A DNA stretch of 64,000 bases, taken from positions 7,316,001 to 7,380,000 of the forward strand of contig OX597822.1 in the NCBI GenBank assembly GCA_951406725.2, in the 5' to 3' direction. Every line of letters starts with the position of its first letter. Position 1 is the stretch's first letter. Below the pieces are notes generated by a model. That model was given only the letters and a program-made list of their open reading frames with translations. It did not search any database and was not told where the DNA came from. A program made the position numbers and the translations under genes. The stretch comes from Octopus vulgaris (Eukaryota). Shown piece after piece: positions 41,322 through 55,789 of the stretch.

Positions 41322-41754
41322 TCAAAAGATATTTGATTGTTGCACAATATTAAAATGTTACCATCATCGACTACAAAATTTATTTACTGAAGCAGAATAG
41401 GAAAAAGCATCATGTAAATTTTCTGATAGTATGGACATATATATTTATTCAGTTTGTAGTTATCTACTCCTATTATATCTGGTAAGTCAGTGTAAACCAT
41501 GTGCAGAGAAGGTGGCAACAATTACCACCTAAAGAAAATTACCCCGTAGCATTAATTGGCAGGAGAAAATATAGTTAGATACTTTTTGAACGTATCACGT
41601 TTAGGAGAGATGGAGCAAAAGAAGTCATGAGTTTTATTGAAAACGTTCCTGGCAGATGTAAGAATCCCTGTGTGCTAGCGATTGCTGGGCCTGAAGAATT
41701 ACGCCAATCGGTCACACAATATTTACCAGCTAATAATTCTGGTTCCAAATACCA

Positions 41755-41911
41755 TCAACCCCAGTGCTCAACTGGTTATTATTTTTTCGATCGCGAATAT
41801 GAGGAAAACTAAAGTCGACCTCAGCAGACTTTGAACTCAGAGAACAAAGGCGGATGAAATGCTTCTAAGCATTTTGCCGTGCGTGCTAACGATTCTGCTC
41901 GCTCACCGCCC
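41755..41911 (-). mobile_element. degenerate SINE family A
   Basis: AAAGTCGACCTCAGC...TTTGAACTCAGA...CGTGCTAACGATTCTGC. Confidence 0.75.
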
Positions 41912-42034
41912 TACTACCACTCAATTACATAACAATACCCAAACAAACCGCACGACACTCGTTGCGAAAAATGAATAATGATCACTAAATCACTTTAAAT
42001 TCTACACACATCAAAAGCACGTTAGCACCATCTC

Positions 42035-42398
42035 ATTTACTCATTTACTTGTTTCAGTCATTTGACTGTGGCCATGCTGGAGCACCGCCTTTAGTCGAGG
42101 AAATCGACCCCAGGACATATTGTTTGTAAGCCTAGTACTTATTCTATCGGTCTCTTTTGCCGAACCACATTGGTTGTCAAGCGATGTTGGGGGGGGGACA
42201 CAACACACAAACATACACATATATATACATATATACGACGGGCTTCTTTCAGTTCCCGTCTACCAAATCCACTCACAAGGCTCTGGTCGCCCCGAGGCTA
42301 TAGTAGAAGACACTTGCCCAAGGTGCCACGCAGTGGGACTGAACCCGGAACTATGTGGTTCGTAAGCAAGCTACTTACCACACAGCCACTCCTACGCC
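42035..42398 (-). mobile_element. SINE family B
   Basis: Matches 14733-15209 with an internal deletion. Confidence 0.9.
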
Positions 42399-43064
42399 TA
42401 TAAATCCGTCAAAATAATGCATAATGTATGTCACATATTTTCCGCAACACATTCAAAACATAGCAAACAATTTAACAAGGTATCGCATTCAAATGAAAGA
42501 AAAAAATCAAATACAACCAAAACTAAATACTTTCAAGCTTAAGAGCCTGTGACATTACAAACACGAGCGTAAATACCAAGAACCCATTCGGTGTTCCAGT
42601 TTTCAATATTAACTATCCACAAAATTTACACAATCGAAATGGTGCAATTTCTAAAGAGATACACTCAGCTGGTAAACACGATCACCGGAGAAAATTTCAA
42701 CAGAGAAATAAGTATATCTATTTATCTATCTCTCCATCTACTTCCTCCATCCGTCTATCCGTCCGTCAAACGATCCGTCCGTCTAACCATCTATCCATCC
42801 ATCCATCCATCCATCCATCCATCTATCCATCAACACATCAATCTATCCATACATACATCCAGCCGTTCACACACACACACACACGTTTTGTTGACTATAC
42901 AGTATAGTAGCATCAGTTGGGCACCGCCTTGAGAAAAAAACAACATCATGACGCACTACACTCTGCCAGAAATTGGGAAACGACATGCTGTACTGCTTGG
43001 CATTCGCGCTAGAAATACCAATACGACATATGGTGAACACACAAAACAACCGTTGGTTTACCGT

Positions 43065-43674
43065 GGCTCAAAACAAATAGCGCGAGTGATAAAAAGCAAT
43101 CATCAAGTCAATATCATTGTGTTTGGAGTGATCACCAGTGATAGCAATGGCCTCTATTCATCTTCTCACGCGACCTCAGACTCAAACACAGAGGCCCACA
43201 TCAAGTGAATAGAGGAGGTAATGCTGCCCTGGGTCAAGAGGGATTGCTGCTGGAAGACCCTATGTCTGGCAACAGTACTCTGCACCATGCGACACAAGCA
43301 GGAAAACCCAGTCATGGCTGTCAGACAATTTCTGCGACCACATCACCCCTAACATCTGGCCACATTACTCCCCAGACCGCAACCCTCTAGATCATTATGT
43401 GTGGGGCGCATCACACTCTTTGTAACACCAAAGATGCACCGAAGGCAATGTCTAGGCAGCATTCAAGAAAGAGACCATCTAGAAGAGTTGCAGGATATTC
43501 CGAAGTTGTCGGGAGACCGTTGTTGAATCTAATGGCGATTTTATTGAATAAATTTACTCTTTAGTATTTTAACGTATTTTTAGGTAAATTTGGTAAATAT
43601 AACTTTTAACATGAGATGCCAGTGTTATTTTCATTTTTGCGAAATTTAAACAACAGTATATTCACCGCATCCTG
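43065..43674 (+). mobile_element. DD37D/maT-like transposase fragment, copy 2, with 3' TIR
   Basis: Homologous to 41008-41321; continues NPLDHYVWGA; ends TTCACCGCATCCTG|TA. Confidence 0.85.
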
Positions 43675-44639
43675 TATATATGTGTATGTGTGTATGTGAG
43701 TGTGTGTGTGTGGATAGAGAGAGGGAGAGAGGGGGAGAGAGGGGGAGAGAGAGAAATCAACAGAGGTATTGATATGGACGCCTCATATATGTATGGAACT
43801 ATTACATGCATATCTCTTACATTAAATAGGAGAGATGCAACTGTTGGGTATCTAATTTGTCAGAAGCTAGAAGCTAGATGCACGTTCTTCATTTATAAGC
43901 CTTCATATTCTTGAATTTATTCTTTAAAATATTGCTTTGAATATACGCCATTTCTCCTTTTGCATAGCTTGCATATATTTAGTATTTTGTCATTTCAAGG
44001 CCGCTTCTGATGTTATCTATGCCAGCTCACTCTGTCGTATTTGTCTAGGCAAGTTCAATTTTATGTTATTGACGCGTAAGGTGGATGTGAAATAGCCTGG
44101 AGCTAGTAAATAACCAAAATAGGAACAGCTTATTAAAGAAAGGCATGCATGAAAGTCTGAAGCCGCAATTTGTTCCATAATATTTATGCCTGTCGAAAGC
44201 TTCTTTTGCTTATTTCCTATGCTCTTCCCTTCGAATATCTTTATAATTCATTTATATATTTTACGTTGCTTTAGCTTCCATGAGAGTGGTAGCAGTGATA
44301 TTTTATTCACTCACATCATACACACTTTGGCAAAGAGGACCGTGTATATTCATCGACGATAATGCGTTCCTCGATGTATTATATTGTAAAGAGAGATGGA
44401 ATTCACAAGGTCGAAGCGAATTAACTCTGAGATTTGTTTGTTAAGCAACAAAGTCTATGTTATATCTTCTCTCTTTAGGAACCATAGGGAAATAATGACG
44501 GCCATGTTGCACTTACTGTTCGTGATTCAGTCTCGATTTCCAGTGAAGATTGCACTTGCGCATGTGCTGGAAAGATGGTTAACAATTAATTCAAAGTTCG
44601 TTTATATATTTCTGTGCAAGATTTTTGATGTGAAATCGT

Positions 44640-44768
44640 GTGTTGAAATAGATATTGTTGTATTTCGGAATGGTCATTTTTCCAGTTTAGCCAATAAAAA
44701 CACACGCACTATATATTTGGTGATACTTTGCTCCAGTGTTATTTATTTTTGACATTGAACTTAATCTA

Positions 44769-44835
<67 letters not shown>

Positions 44836-44892
44836 TATTACTAGTATTGCTGTGATACATACATACAAGCATACGTAATAATAAAAATAATG

Positions 44893-44983
<91 letters not shown>

Positions 44984-45373
44984 GTGGATGTAAACATGAA
45001 CAAAATAAAAATAAACACGAACGTATATAGACAGAAGATACAAATATTACAGGCATCCCCAACACACACTAACTAAACATAGACGCACATAGAGTTATAC
45101 GCATGCGCAAAGGAAGCCACATACAATAGAAATACAAAATGTCGGACGGTTAATAAGGAGAGACACACAAATAAGAAAGAAGAAAACAAAAGACCACTGA
45201 TGCGGTCACAGTAGTGTGACAAAAGAACTCTGGCCGAAATAAGATTAAGCTTAAAGTCAAAAATAAATAAATTACACTAAAGCAAAGTAGAACCAAATAT
45301 ATAGTGCGTGTGTTTTTATTGGCTAAACTGGATAAATGACCATTCATAAATACAACAATAATTAATTCCAATA
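44640..45373. repeat. ~130-bp inverted repeat enclosing opposed (ATT)n and (AAT)n tracts
   Basis: 44640-44770 matches the reverse complement of 45241-45373 (core CCAGTTTAGCCAATAAAAACACACGCACTATATATTTGG). Confidence 0.85.
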
Positions 45374-45650
45374 TCCCAGTAGAAGGAAAGCACACATCAA
45401 ATTTGAGTTTTGTCTTGATTCACTGAAATTTATGGAGGATTAGTTTTGGAGTTTCAGTAATATTTCTAGAGAGAATATATAGCTAACAAATGGGAATCCG
45501 CAGTGTTCTGTACATAGCATTGCAAATGAAATATTCGCCAAAAATCCACGTACCTCACAAAAATATATACGTATTTGTTAGTCCTTTCCTTTATTCAATA
45601 ATGTTATTGTCAGACTTCAGCCTTTCTTACCACTGCTATGGTGTATCATT

Positions 45651-46017
45651 GTGGAGGCGCAATGGCCCAGTGGTTAGGGCAGCGGACTCGCGGTCGGAGG
45701 ATCGCGGTTTCGATTCCCAGACCGGGCGTTGTGAATGTTTATTGAGCGAAAACACCTAAAAGCTCCACGAGGCTTCGGCAGGGGATGGTGGTGATCTCTG
45801 CTGTACTCTTTCACCACAACTTTCTCTCACTCTTACTTCCTGTTTCTGTTGTACCTGTATTTCACTGTGTCACGCTGAATATCCCCGAGAACTACGTTAA
45901 GGGTACACGTGTCTGTGGAGTGTTCAACCACTTACACGTTAATTTCACGAGCAGGCTGTTCCGTTGATTCGGATCAACCGGAACCCTCGTCGTCGTAACC
46001 GACGCAGTGCTTCTCTA
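45651..46017 (+). mobile_element. SINE family C with 11-bp TSD
   Basis: Matches 25667-26050; TSD GGTGTATCATT at 45640-45650 and 46018-46028. Confidence 0.9.
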
Positions 46018-46904
46018 GGTGTATCATTATTTTATTGGTTCTGTCTTACTTATTTTCTTTTTTATAATTTCAATAGTGATTTCGTTTATATTTATTACTT
46101 CAAGTATACCTGCATAGTTTATTGCGTTCTTTTTCCCTTAATTGATTCTTCTTCAACTTGGGTACCACCCATTGAGCTAAGAATCATAGGATATCTTGTA
46201 ATAATATGTATTCATATTTCTGCTCTCTGCTGGAAATTGTTCCTGTTTACTGTAATCATTTATCCTGCTATATTTCCCTATGTTGTCGTTTTACCTGTGC
46301 TTGGATATTATCACCTGCTTCTTTTGTTGCTCTTGTTTAAGTTATTCCTGTTTTTTTCTTCTTGTTGCTTTTGTTGTTCTAATGATAATATTTATTGTTT
46401 CGAATTTTACAGTGTATATTTTCGAGAACTTTACAAATACAATCTTCGCGAAATATTGCACTAAACATAGAAGTATATTTTATCTAAGATGCATATACGA
46501 CCTCATTTAATATGAAAGAGACAAAAATAGAGAGGAAGAGGGAGGCAGGGAGAGAGAGAGAGAGGGAGAGAAACGGAGGCAGCGTGAGCGAAAAAGAGAA
46601 TGGAATGTTGGAATGAAAGAGGTGGATATAATCCATGTTTGAAAATGCCATCTAATGTATATATGTATATATAAGCCCGAGCAGAAGCACACGTTTAACA
46701 ATACATACGAGGCGATGAATATAGATTGCGTTTGAATGAAATCGTGAATATCAATAAAAGCTTTACACATATATTCCAGTGGATTCCACTCTACTGCTGC
46801 ATGTGCCGCATGCTTTGGTCTATAGAAAAGATAAGAGTCGAGATACAGGTGAACGGAAAAATCATATAACGAAGAATAGCAAGAACGTATGTAAGGATTA
46901 TTTG

Positions 46905-47130
46905 TTTTGTTTTTGTTTGTTTTGTTTTTCCAGTTTCAGCTCTTGAGCTGTGGCCATGCTGGGGCACCGCCATTGTGGTGAAAGAGTACAGCAGGGATCA
47001 CCACCCCCTGCCGGAGCCTCGTAGAGCTTTTAGGTGTTTTCGCTCTATAAACACACACAACGCCCGGTCTGAGAATCGAAACCGCGATCCTGCGACCGCG
47101 AGTCCGCTGCCCTAACCACTAGGCCATTGT
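46905..47130 (-). mobile_element. SINE family C head with an alternative short tail
   Basis: Family C head joined to GGCGGTGCCCCAGCATGGCCACAGCTCAAGAGCTGAAACTGG plus (AAAC)n; the same tail occurs alone at ~51419-51483. Confidence 0.85.
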
Positions 47131-47700
47131 GGAATTCATAGAAATTGCTGTATGTACTATTTAAGATAATTTTATGAGAATATATAATATCCTCACCAAT
47201 TTTTTCTATACTTACTAAAACAAAAAATAAATATAGATATGTGCATTTCCATTCGTAAAGAGATTAATCCTCAAAAATGATTTTAATAAAATGAACGATT
47301 TATAATACGTATGGAAATATAAATATTATATAAATGATATATAAATGATATATAAATGAGCGTGATATGATAATACATACTGTTTTATCAAATGACATTT
47401 GTCAACAATCATGTCAAATTCATACTAGGTGTGTTAGCTCCAACACTTCCTGCGAGTAAATAATCCCCCTCCTTCAGTTTAACATGATTGCAATATTATA
47501 TGCAGAAGGTGTGAAGTAGTGTTTGGGCGTTTACATATAATTAACATATGTTTCAATAATAAGATGTGTGTATGAGAGCATGGTGTTGTTTGTTATAGAC
47601 ATGCATACATCCAAGTATGAAAACATCCCTTAAGGTAGTGATCTAGATTGGCCGCAGCCAAATGACTGAAACAGGTAAAATATTACAAGAATTATGTATG

Positions 47701-47755
<55 letters not shown>

Positions 47756-47791
47756 TGTTTGAATGAAATCGTGAATCTCGATAATAACTTT

Positions 47792-47823
<32 letters not shown>

Positions 47824-47863
47824 GTATATATATATCTGTGTGTATTTATGTATATATAAAGAA

Positions 47864-47897
<34 letters not shown>

Positions 47898-48868
47898 CTG
47901 TTTACAAGCGTTGATACATAGATATTGCAATTTCATATTGTGTATGAATACGAGTTTCAGTCAATCGATTCATAGTCAACACCGATGCATGTAAAGACTA
48001 TCGGAATATTTACTCGATCAAAGTAACCCTAATACTAAATCCGGTACTTATTGAAACCTTAATTTTTGTTGCACAACTAAGCTAGAAGGATCTAATAAAA
48101 GCGACTCCAGTTTTAAAGCGAATCCATCTTCTAAAGATACGATAGCGTACGCACACGGGCATATGAACATGTTCTATATGGTCGTAAGAGGAAATATGTA
48201 TAATAAATTCAGAAAGCACCATTTAGAGATGCATTTTTCCTCATATTTCATTCGTAGACAAAGTGATGTTGAAATATTACGTCCATGCGCGTGTGTTTAT
48301 AAAATTATTCTCATAAACGTTGATACTTCTCATAAATCGTTAGAACTTTATACGGAAAATATATAAATAAACATGGGTAACAGAAAATCATTTGTAGAAA
48401 TGCATTTTTCTGAAGGCAAGGGAAGCCTAATCCGTTGATGGCATACCTATGTCACGTATAATCACAATAACACGCTTAGAGATTTTACTTGGAATGAGAT
48501 AGACTTCGAGGTATATCAATGTTATTTAATAATTCAGATGTATATCGAATTTATAACGTAAAATACACATATGCAACTGTAAGAATGAAAGGCTTGCAGA
48601 AAATATAAGATTGTGACATGGTGAGCTGATAAGCTTCACCAATACAGGAAAACATTCTGTCATCTTGTTTTAACTACTGTTTTTTTAACTGCTCTGGATT
48701 AACCATTGAAACACAGACACATATACATATATAAACATGTCCACACACATATATATATATATATATATATACATATTTATATATATATATATATAAGTAT
48801 GTAAAAAACAAGCATATAGAGATATTTATATGTACATATATAGATATGCATTATACATGCATACACAC

Positions 48869-48951
<83 letters not shown>

Positions 48952-48989
48952 TATTACACTTGTTACAATGGTGCACTTATGTGTATGTG

Positions 48990-49026
<37 letters not shown>

Positions 49027-49098
49027 TTACACATACTACATACATAATGCACACACAACTATCTACCTGTCTCTTTCTACTAGTTTTCTCTCTCTCTC

Positions 49099-49130
<32 letters not shown>

Positions 49131-49287
49131 CAGGAGTATGCACATTTACACATGGATGTGCGCGCACGTGTGTGTATCGGTGTATGTGTGTGCGTGTGCG
49201 TGCGCACACATGTATTTGAAAGAATACTGTGCTATGTCATTATATTCCTTCATATAACCATAATACATATTCATACTTATACAAATA

Positions 49288-49355
<68 letters not shown>

Positions 49356-50389
49356 GTATATATATATATATATATAATATATATACCGGATTAACTCACT
49401 CATACACACATAGAAACATAGACACACACATATAATCATACATACTCATGTATATATGCACGCAAACATACTTATCTACATATGTATTTATATGTGCAAA
49501 GCATTTTTAAATCTGAGGAATTATCTAAACATCGTGATATTATTAATGGTAAATGTTTCACTTGAGCAAAGAAATATCGAAACCAAATCCACATTTACAT
49601 GCTATACATAATAAGATAAGTTTAAGACCGTTAATACATACTCAAAGTCTAGACATTTTATGTCTGGCGGATTAACAAATGATGTATATGTTTTATAAAG
49701 AGAAGAAAATGCAAATGAAGCTAGGAATAGGAAAGAATACGAAGTGGGAGATACAACCCGCCAAACACACATTCACACACATACGCAGACTTACATATTT
49801 TATATAAACACTAGAGAGTTACACGTCAAGGCAGGTAATAATGGAAGCGTACTTTCGCCATGATGGGCAATACAAAGGAATACGTGATGCATGAAATAAT
49901 CATCATATAACACTTATCAAATTTATTGGTGATTCAGCAGGAAATTGAAATGAATATCAGTTTTCAAAAAAATATTCATTACCTTAGAGTAAAATTTAAT
50001 AAAAAAAAATTCTCGATTGTCCCTTTCCTCCTCGTCTTGCCCCTTATCTTCCCCTATGTATCTTTCTCCACAAGCGTCCTGCATTGCATATGTTAGATCC
50101 AACTATATCTCTCCTATCTCTCTTTCTCTGTTACTCTCTTTCTCTCCCTCTTTGTGTCTCTCTCTTTTTCCTTGTCTATCAATAAGATGTAAAGGGTAAT
50201 TGGTGAAATGTATCAACGACCGAATATTCATATAGCCTATAATGTGTTTGTGCGCGTTAATGTGTGTGCGTTTATATGTGTGTATGTGTGTGTGTGTGTG
50301 TGTATGTGTGTGTGTTTGCATTTGTGTTTAAAAAGGTGAAGGAAACAAATTCTTCATTGGACTTAATTGATCTATTTAATAAAGATAAA

Positions 50390-51020
50390 ATTTCATTTAT
50401 TATTAATGACATAATTAACTCCATTTGGAAGTTTGTTGATCCCACGGGCATATAATACTTTACTTTTCGTAGCAATTAAATCTAATATCATTTTTAAAAT
50501 CAAATAATATTCTTTACACATACAATATAAATATATTCTTTCTTCCTCTAAATAATATTGCAATGATCTGAAATAATGAGAGTCAGACGAGTACCAGGAA
50601 AGCAGGGATATTGAAGCAAAACTTAAATATTTAGTGTCCTTATCTATTTTTGTGTGAATTGCGGAATATGTAGCTCTGTAGTAGGGTTTAATAGCAACAC
50701 TGCTCAACAAGTAACCGACGATGGATGCTTTTTCTGAAAGATTTTCTGGAATGCTTCCAATTGGAGACACTACTTCTCCGCTTTTGCTGTTTCCGTTTTC
50801 GATTAATATTTTATGATAGATGACAACTTTCACATCCCACAGAACGAAAAGCTTAACTCGTTTCCTGTGTAGTCCTTATCTTGGGATGGATTCTCATTTT
50901 TCATTCGGTTTTAACCATTGTCGATTTCGTTGGATGAAATTATAAAGAACTGATATTTCATCACTTGCGATGATTCTACAAAGGAAATGTTCGGAAGCAA
51001 ATTCTACGCTTCAATGAATA
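50390..51020 (-). mobile_element. decayed mariner transposase remnant
   Basis: RIIASDEI (cf. RIVTGDEKW), GLHRKRVKLFVLWDVKVVIY (cf. LHPKKVMLCVWWD), SDSHYFRSLQYYL (cf. SDYHLFRSLQ), ARGINKLP. Confidence 0.75.
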
Positions 51021-52997
51021 GCAGATGGCGATTCGTTGATTAAAGGAAAGAAACAGAAAAATCATTAGGATGTAATCATTTACACTTATTTTACCATAAG
51101 TAATCACGTATATTATGCGACAAAATTTTATTCCATAATACATATATATATATACATGAATACATACATACAGATAGACAGACGGATAGACAAATAGACA
51201 GACACACATCAACATGCATACATACATCAATACATATGTGAATACTTACATACGCATTGACACACACAGACACAGCACACAAACAGACACAAACACACAC
51301 ACACACATCAACACACACACACACACCTATATATATATATATTCGTATATGTATTTACATATAAATTGATACATATATATGTATGTATGAATGTCAGCCG
51401 ATGCACCACATCTGAATGACGGTGCCCCAGCACGGCCACAGCTCGTGAGCTGAAACTAGATAAAATAAAATAAATAAAATAAATTAAATGTATGTATGTA
51501 TATATGTATGTATGTATGCATATATTTGCAGAGTGTGATAGATTTCATACATGTAAGCATGTATAATATCCTGTTGAATTGTGAGTTCCTGAAGGTTTGC
51601 GTAAAGGATTACTTTGTTCATTCATAGACATCGAAATAAAATGTCTGGCTACTGAATCAGTGGTCCAAACCATTTGATAACATTTCTGTTACATGAGTCT
51701 TTTTAACTGCCTCTAAGTATGGCTTCAATTATGATTCTATATCTGAAATCTGTTTTCTCCGAATGCTCTAGGTTTCATGTAATTTGAAATTTATGATTTT
51801 CGCAAAATCATCGCATCTCTTGGTATTTAGATCTTCCATAACCTTAAGTAAATTAAGCTACATTAGTATTCTTTGCTTTTATTGTTAATTTTTGCTTCAA
51901 GAGATTTAACTGACTCATATAAAATACGCTAAGGTTTTGGCTTCAGATCTGATGATACATAAAAAAGAATGTTGAAATTACACTCATGCATTTAATTATG
52001 AATTTGCATTTTACACATCTCTTAGTCAAATACGCAATATAATATCAGTTCTAAGGACGTGCCTATAAAACTTAGCAGTACACAAATGCAAGTGATAACA
52101 TAAGTACCAAGTTTGAAAAATTAACTAGGCACTGGTATCGATTTCTTAGTCTGAAAATACTTCAAGGCCCTGCTTTAGAGCGGCTGCAGTCTAATGATAA
52201 ATACAATTACATTATTATAGCTAAATGATATATGGATGTTTGTGAGCGTATGTGTAGTGATGCCTGTGGAGGTTTTCAATTCCCTGTATCATATATTAGC
52301 AGCCATGACATATCTCCATATGCTTTGCGATTTGTTATGTACTTCTGTTTCTTACGGGGCAGAATTTTTTTGTTCTGTTATAATCTATCTATAATATTAT
52401 ATCAACTGAATTACATTTGAATTAAGTCTTGAGTTACGTAATATTAAATGTTGTATTTGTATTTCTCTTGTCTTTATTGCACATTCATATAGTTCACGCT
52501 CGCTTAAATTAATGAATCCATCTTAGTGCAGACAATTTCTTACAGTTTTCTATACATGTAAATCAAAAAGATAATTATTAAAAGTATGTTTACGAATTCT
52601 TTCCGACAAGTCTGTTATAAACTTATTCAGGTTTATGAGAATACAACTTTTCGACCTCAAATTTATTGATTCGATGAACCGCAATGGGAAACAAAAGTTG
52701 TTCCGTTGATACCAGCATTTTGTCTTACATATTTCCCAGACATTTTGCAGTTCAGTAAGACGTAATTCCAACTGATGGCCAAAAAAATTAACACATACCT
52801 ACGCACTTCCTTAAAACCTTAAAAACACCACATTTCTATATAAGTTAACCACAATTATCTGCGAAGGTAAAATGCGAAACGGAACTCTGAAAAGTGTCTG
52901 CACATTAGCAAAATAAGAGATTAAATAACATGTTTCATCCAAAATGGCATATAAACATTGTGACCCACCTGCTGACCAGTTAACCCGTTCCAGCTCC

Positions 52998-54214
52998 CTA
53001 TATCCTCTTTTGAGCTCTTAAGAAAAAACTCCAACAACATTATAACCTGAAGCTGAAATACCAACAAAGACACATTGTTTACGAAAACTCTACATGCATG
53101 AAAAATTCTGAACAATAACACAATCCAAAATTTAATGAATATAATTTTTGTATAACACATCACCATTACAAACCAACCTACAACCTGGTTATTCAACCGA
53201 GTTCCATCAACACCACAACACATCAAGTTAACAGAGATTTCCCTGAGTAACATACAACAACGAACACCCTCACACACATCCATACACATTTTAGTCGTCG
53301 GTAGAAGGTACAATGTAGATCAAGGTCCAAAATTCTGTCACAAGACTATGCAGGAAACCCATACATCATTTCATGCCTTCTATCGATGAAAAATAGTATT
53401 TATATATTACACGAACCAGACTGTTTAATATAGCAATAACCGTTTTTATGTGACGTTATCCTCGCTGCCATAAACCAGCAACGATAACTGTTCTAGACCA
53501 TGTTCCATTTTTAACGTGTCTCCAGGATGATCTAAGTATAAGATAAATATTCTTTTGCTTTCAAAGCTATTTCATTCAGTTTTCTCTTTCGAAATTTTAA
53601 CAGATTTTAATGTGATGAGATTTCAATAATATTTATTCCATTTGTACTACCAAATCACACATGCATGCAAACGCATATACGCAGAAACACACAAACGCAC
53701 ACGCACTCTCACACAGACACAGAGAAACAGACAAACATACAGAAACACACATACAGAAACAGTCAGATACACACACACACATACACAAAAATATGTTTTA
53801 TGTCAAATTATGATAAAACGAAATTTTTACATTAAACTCACGTTTTATCAACATTTTGTGTGGTATAAATATATTATTTTTTAAACGTATAGCATTCTAC
53901 AAAGATTTTGAAGTTCTGACCAGCGAAGCCATCATCAGACTTTGGTACTTGACTAGATCTCGGATTTATGAAATCTCTGTTAACTTGATGTGTTGTGGTG
54001 TTGATGGAACTCGGTTGAATAACCAGGTTGTAGGTTGGTTTGTGATGGCGATGTGCTATGCAAAAATTATATTGATTAAATTTTGGATTGTGTTATTGTT
54101 CAGAATGTTTCATGTATGTAGAATTTGTAAACAGGTGCCTCTCTCAGGCTGCTTCACCTTCAGGTTATACTGCTGTTGTCTTTTGTTTGTTTGTTAAGTG
54201 TTCAAAAGAGGATG
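52998..54214. repeat. ~245-bp inverted repeat with ~730-bp spacer
   Basis: 52998-53241 versus 53970-54214; inner 74 bp identical. Confidence 0.9.
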
Positions 54215-54650
54215 CATATGAGGAGTGTTTAAGGTTTTCAAGAAATTGTTTTAGGTTTTTATTTTTTCAAGACATTTTGTATGTTTTTAAGGTTTTTAAG
54301 AAGGTTTTTTTTAGTTTTATACTATTTTTCAAGCACTGTGTGTGTGTTAAATTTATATAGGCATCATTTAGCGTTACCTGTTACTGGAATTTAGATGCTT
54401 GTTTTTTTGTTATTGCAAAGGTGGTGTTCAATAAAGGAGGCACTAAGCTGTGCAGGTTCGTTACCTGTCAGATTTTATTCCACTGAGTGAAGTGCCTAAG
54501 AAAGAATTGGATTGTTGTTTACAAATGTTAACCATTGTGTCTTAAGCAAACACATATATTGGGTGACATTTTGATAGATATTCCTTCTTGTAATATATAA
54601 ATAAATATCTGTAAATATAAACCATTCCGATCTTCTGAGTACCTCATTTC

Positions 54651-54694
<44 letters not shown>

Positions 54695-54750
54695 AACTTC
54701 TCCTTTAATCTATCAAATTATTACTATGTAGGATTTCATCACGAGCGAAA

Positions 54751-54843
54751 AGATCCTGATGAAGGGAGCATTATGTTTCTGTATTTGGAATATTTAAAAC
54801 GCCATTTATACATTTATGGTACCCCTGAAACAGACGTAGGTAA
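54751..54843 (+). ncRNA. type I hammerhead motif with a long stem II loop
   Basis: ATC-CTGATGA-AGGG-(~56 nt)-CCCT-GAAAC-AGAC-GTA-GGT. Confidence 0.6.
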
Positions 54844-55435
54844 TATCCTTTACTCGAACTGACAGGAATCTGTATATATTTATTTTATCTACCTTTTTAT
54901 CTACATATTTACCCCTAATTTTTTTAAATGTTGAACTCTCATCCGACATTTCGTATAAACATCAAATTCTTAATCGATTCGAAAAGTTCCTTTTGGAAGC
55001 CATTACCTCGAATTTTTTTCGTTTTTTTGTCTCTTCATTCGGTACCTAAACCCAACGTACATGATGCATAGTTTTCCCATATCACTTTTTCATGAAATTT
55101 TCTTCACGTGTATATTTATTTCGTTGCGTGTTTTAAATTATGCTTTGGAAGATGCATTGATTGCCTGGATGCGTTCCGTCTATAATTTCTCTTATCCTTC
55201 GATTTTAACTCGCAAGAGCACCGCTTAATACAGTCCATATATTTTGAAGCATACTAAAAATCATGGTTTATAGAAAAATTTAACTTTATATACAAACATG
55301 GCCGTTTCATAATACGTTATTTATCACCGGTGAATTTATGCAAAAGTGGCGCAGTATAAGAATATTCACATATATTTGTGTATGAAAATAGAAATAAAAA
55401 ATTCTGAGCCAAGCTGGTCTTTAATCAACTTAGCG

Positions 55436-55525
<90 letters not shown>

Positions 55526-55789
55526 TGTGTGTGTGTGTATATATATATATATAAGTGCGTGTGTGAATTTGGATTGAAATATAGGGAAATTTTAGATAAA
55601 TTTCTATGTCATATGTTTTGTGCAACGCTATAGTGCTTGTCTTTATTTTAATCTGGGGTAACGTCGGCTTGAGGAGAGAAAAGGTGGTGAGATAAATTTA
55701 TTTTTAGCCGTCACACAAAACGAAATAATAGTTTTACATGTTTCAGTTCAGAATTTCATTCGTAGATGTGAATTCGTGATGGAATCTGA

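Noticed and set aside
46730-47797. 40-bp direct repeat about 1 kb apart (GTTTGAATGAAATCGTGAAT...) as LTRs
   Set aside because: Too short; no TG..CA ends, primer-binding site or internal ORF; probably a small local duplication
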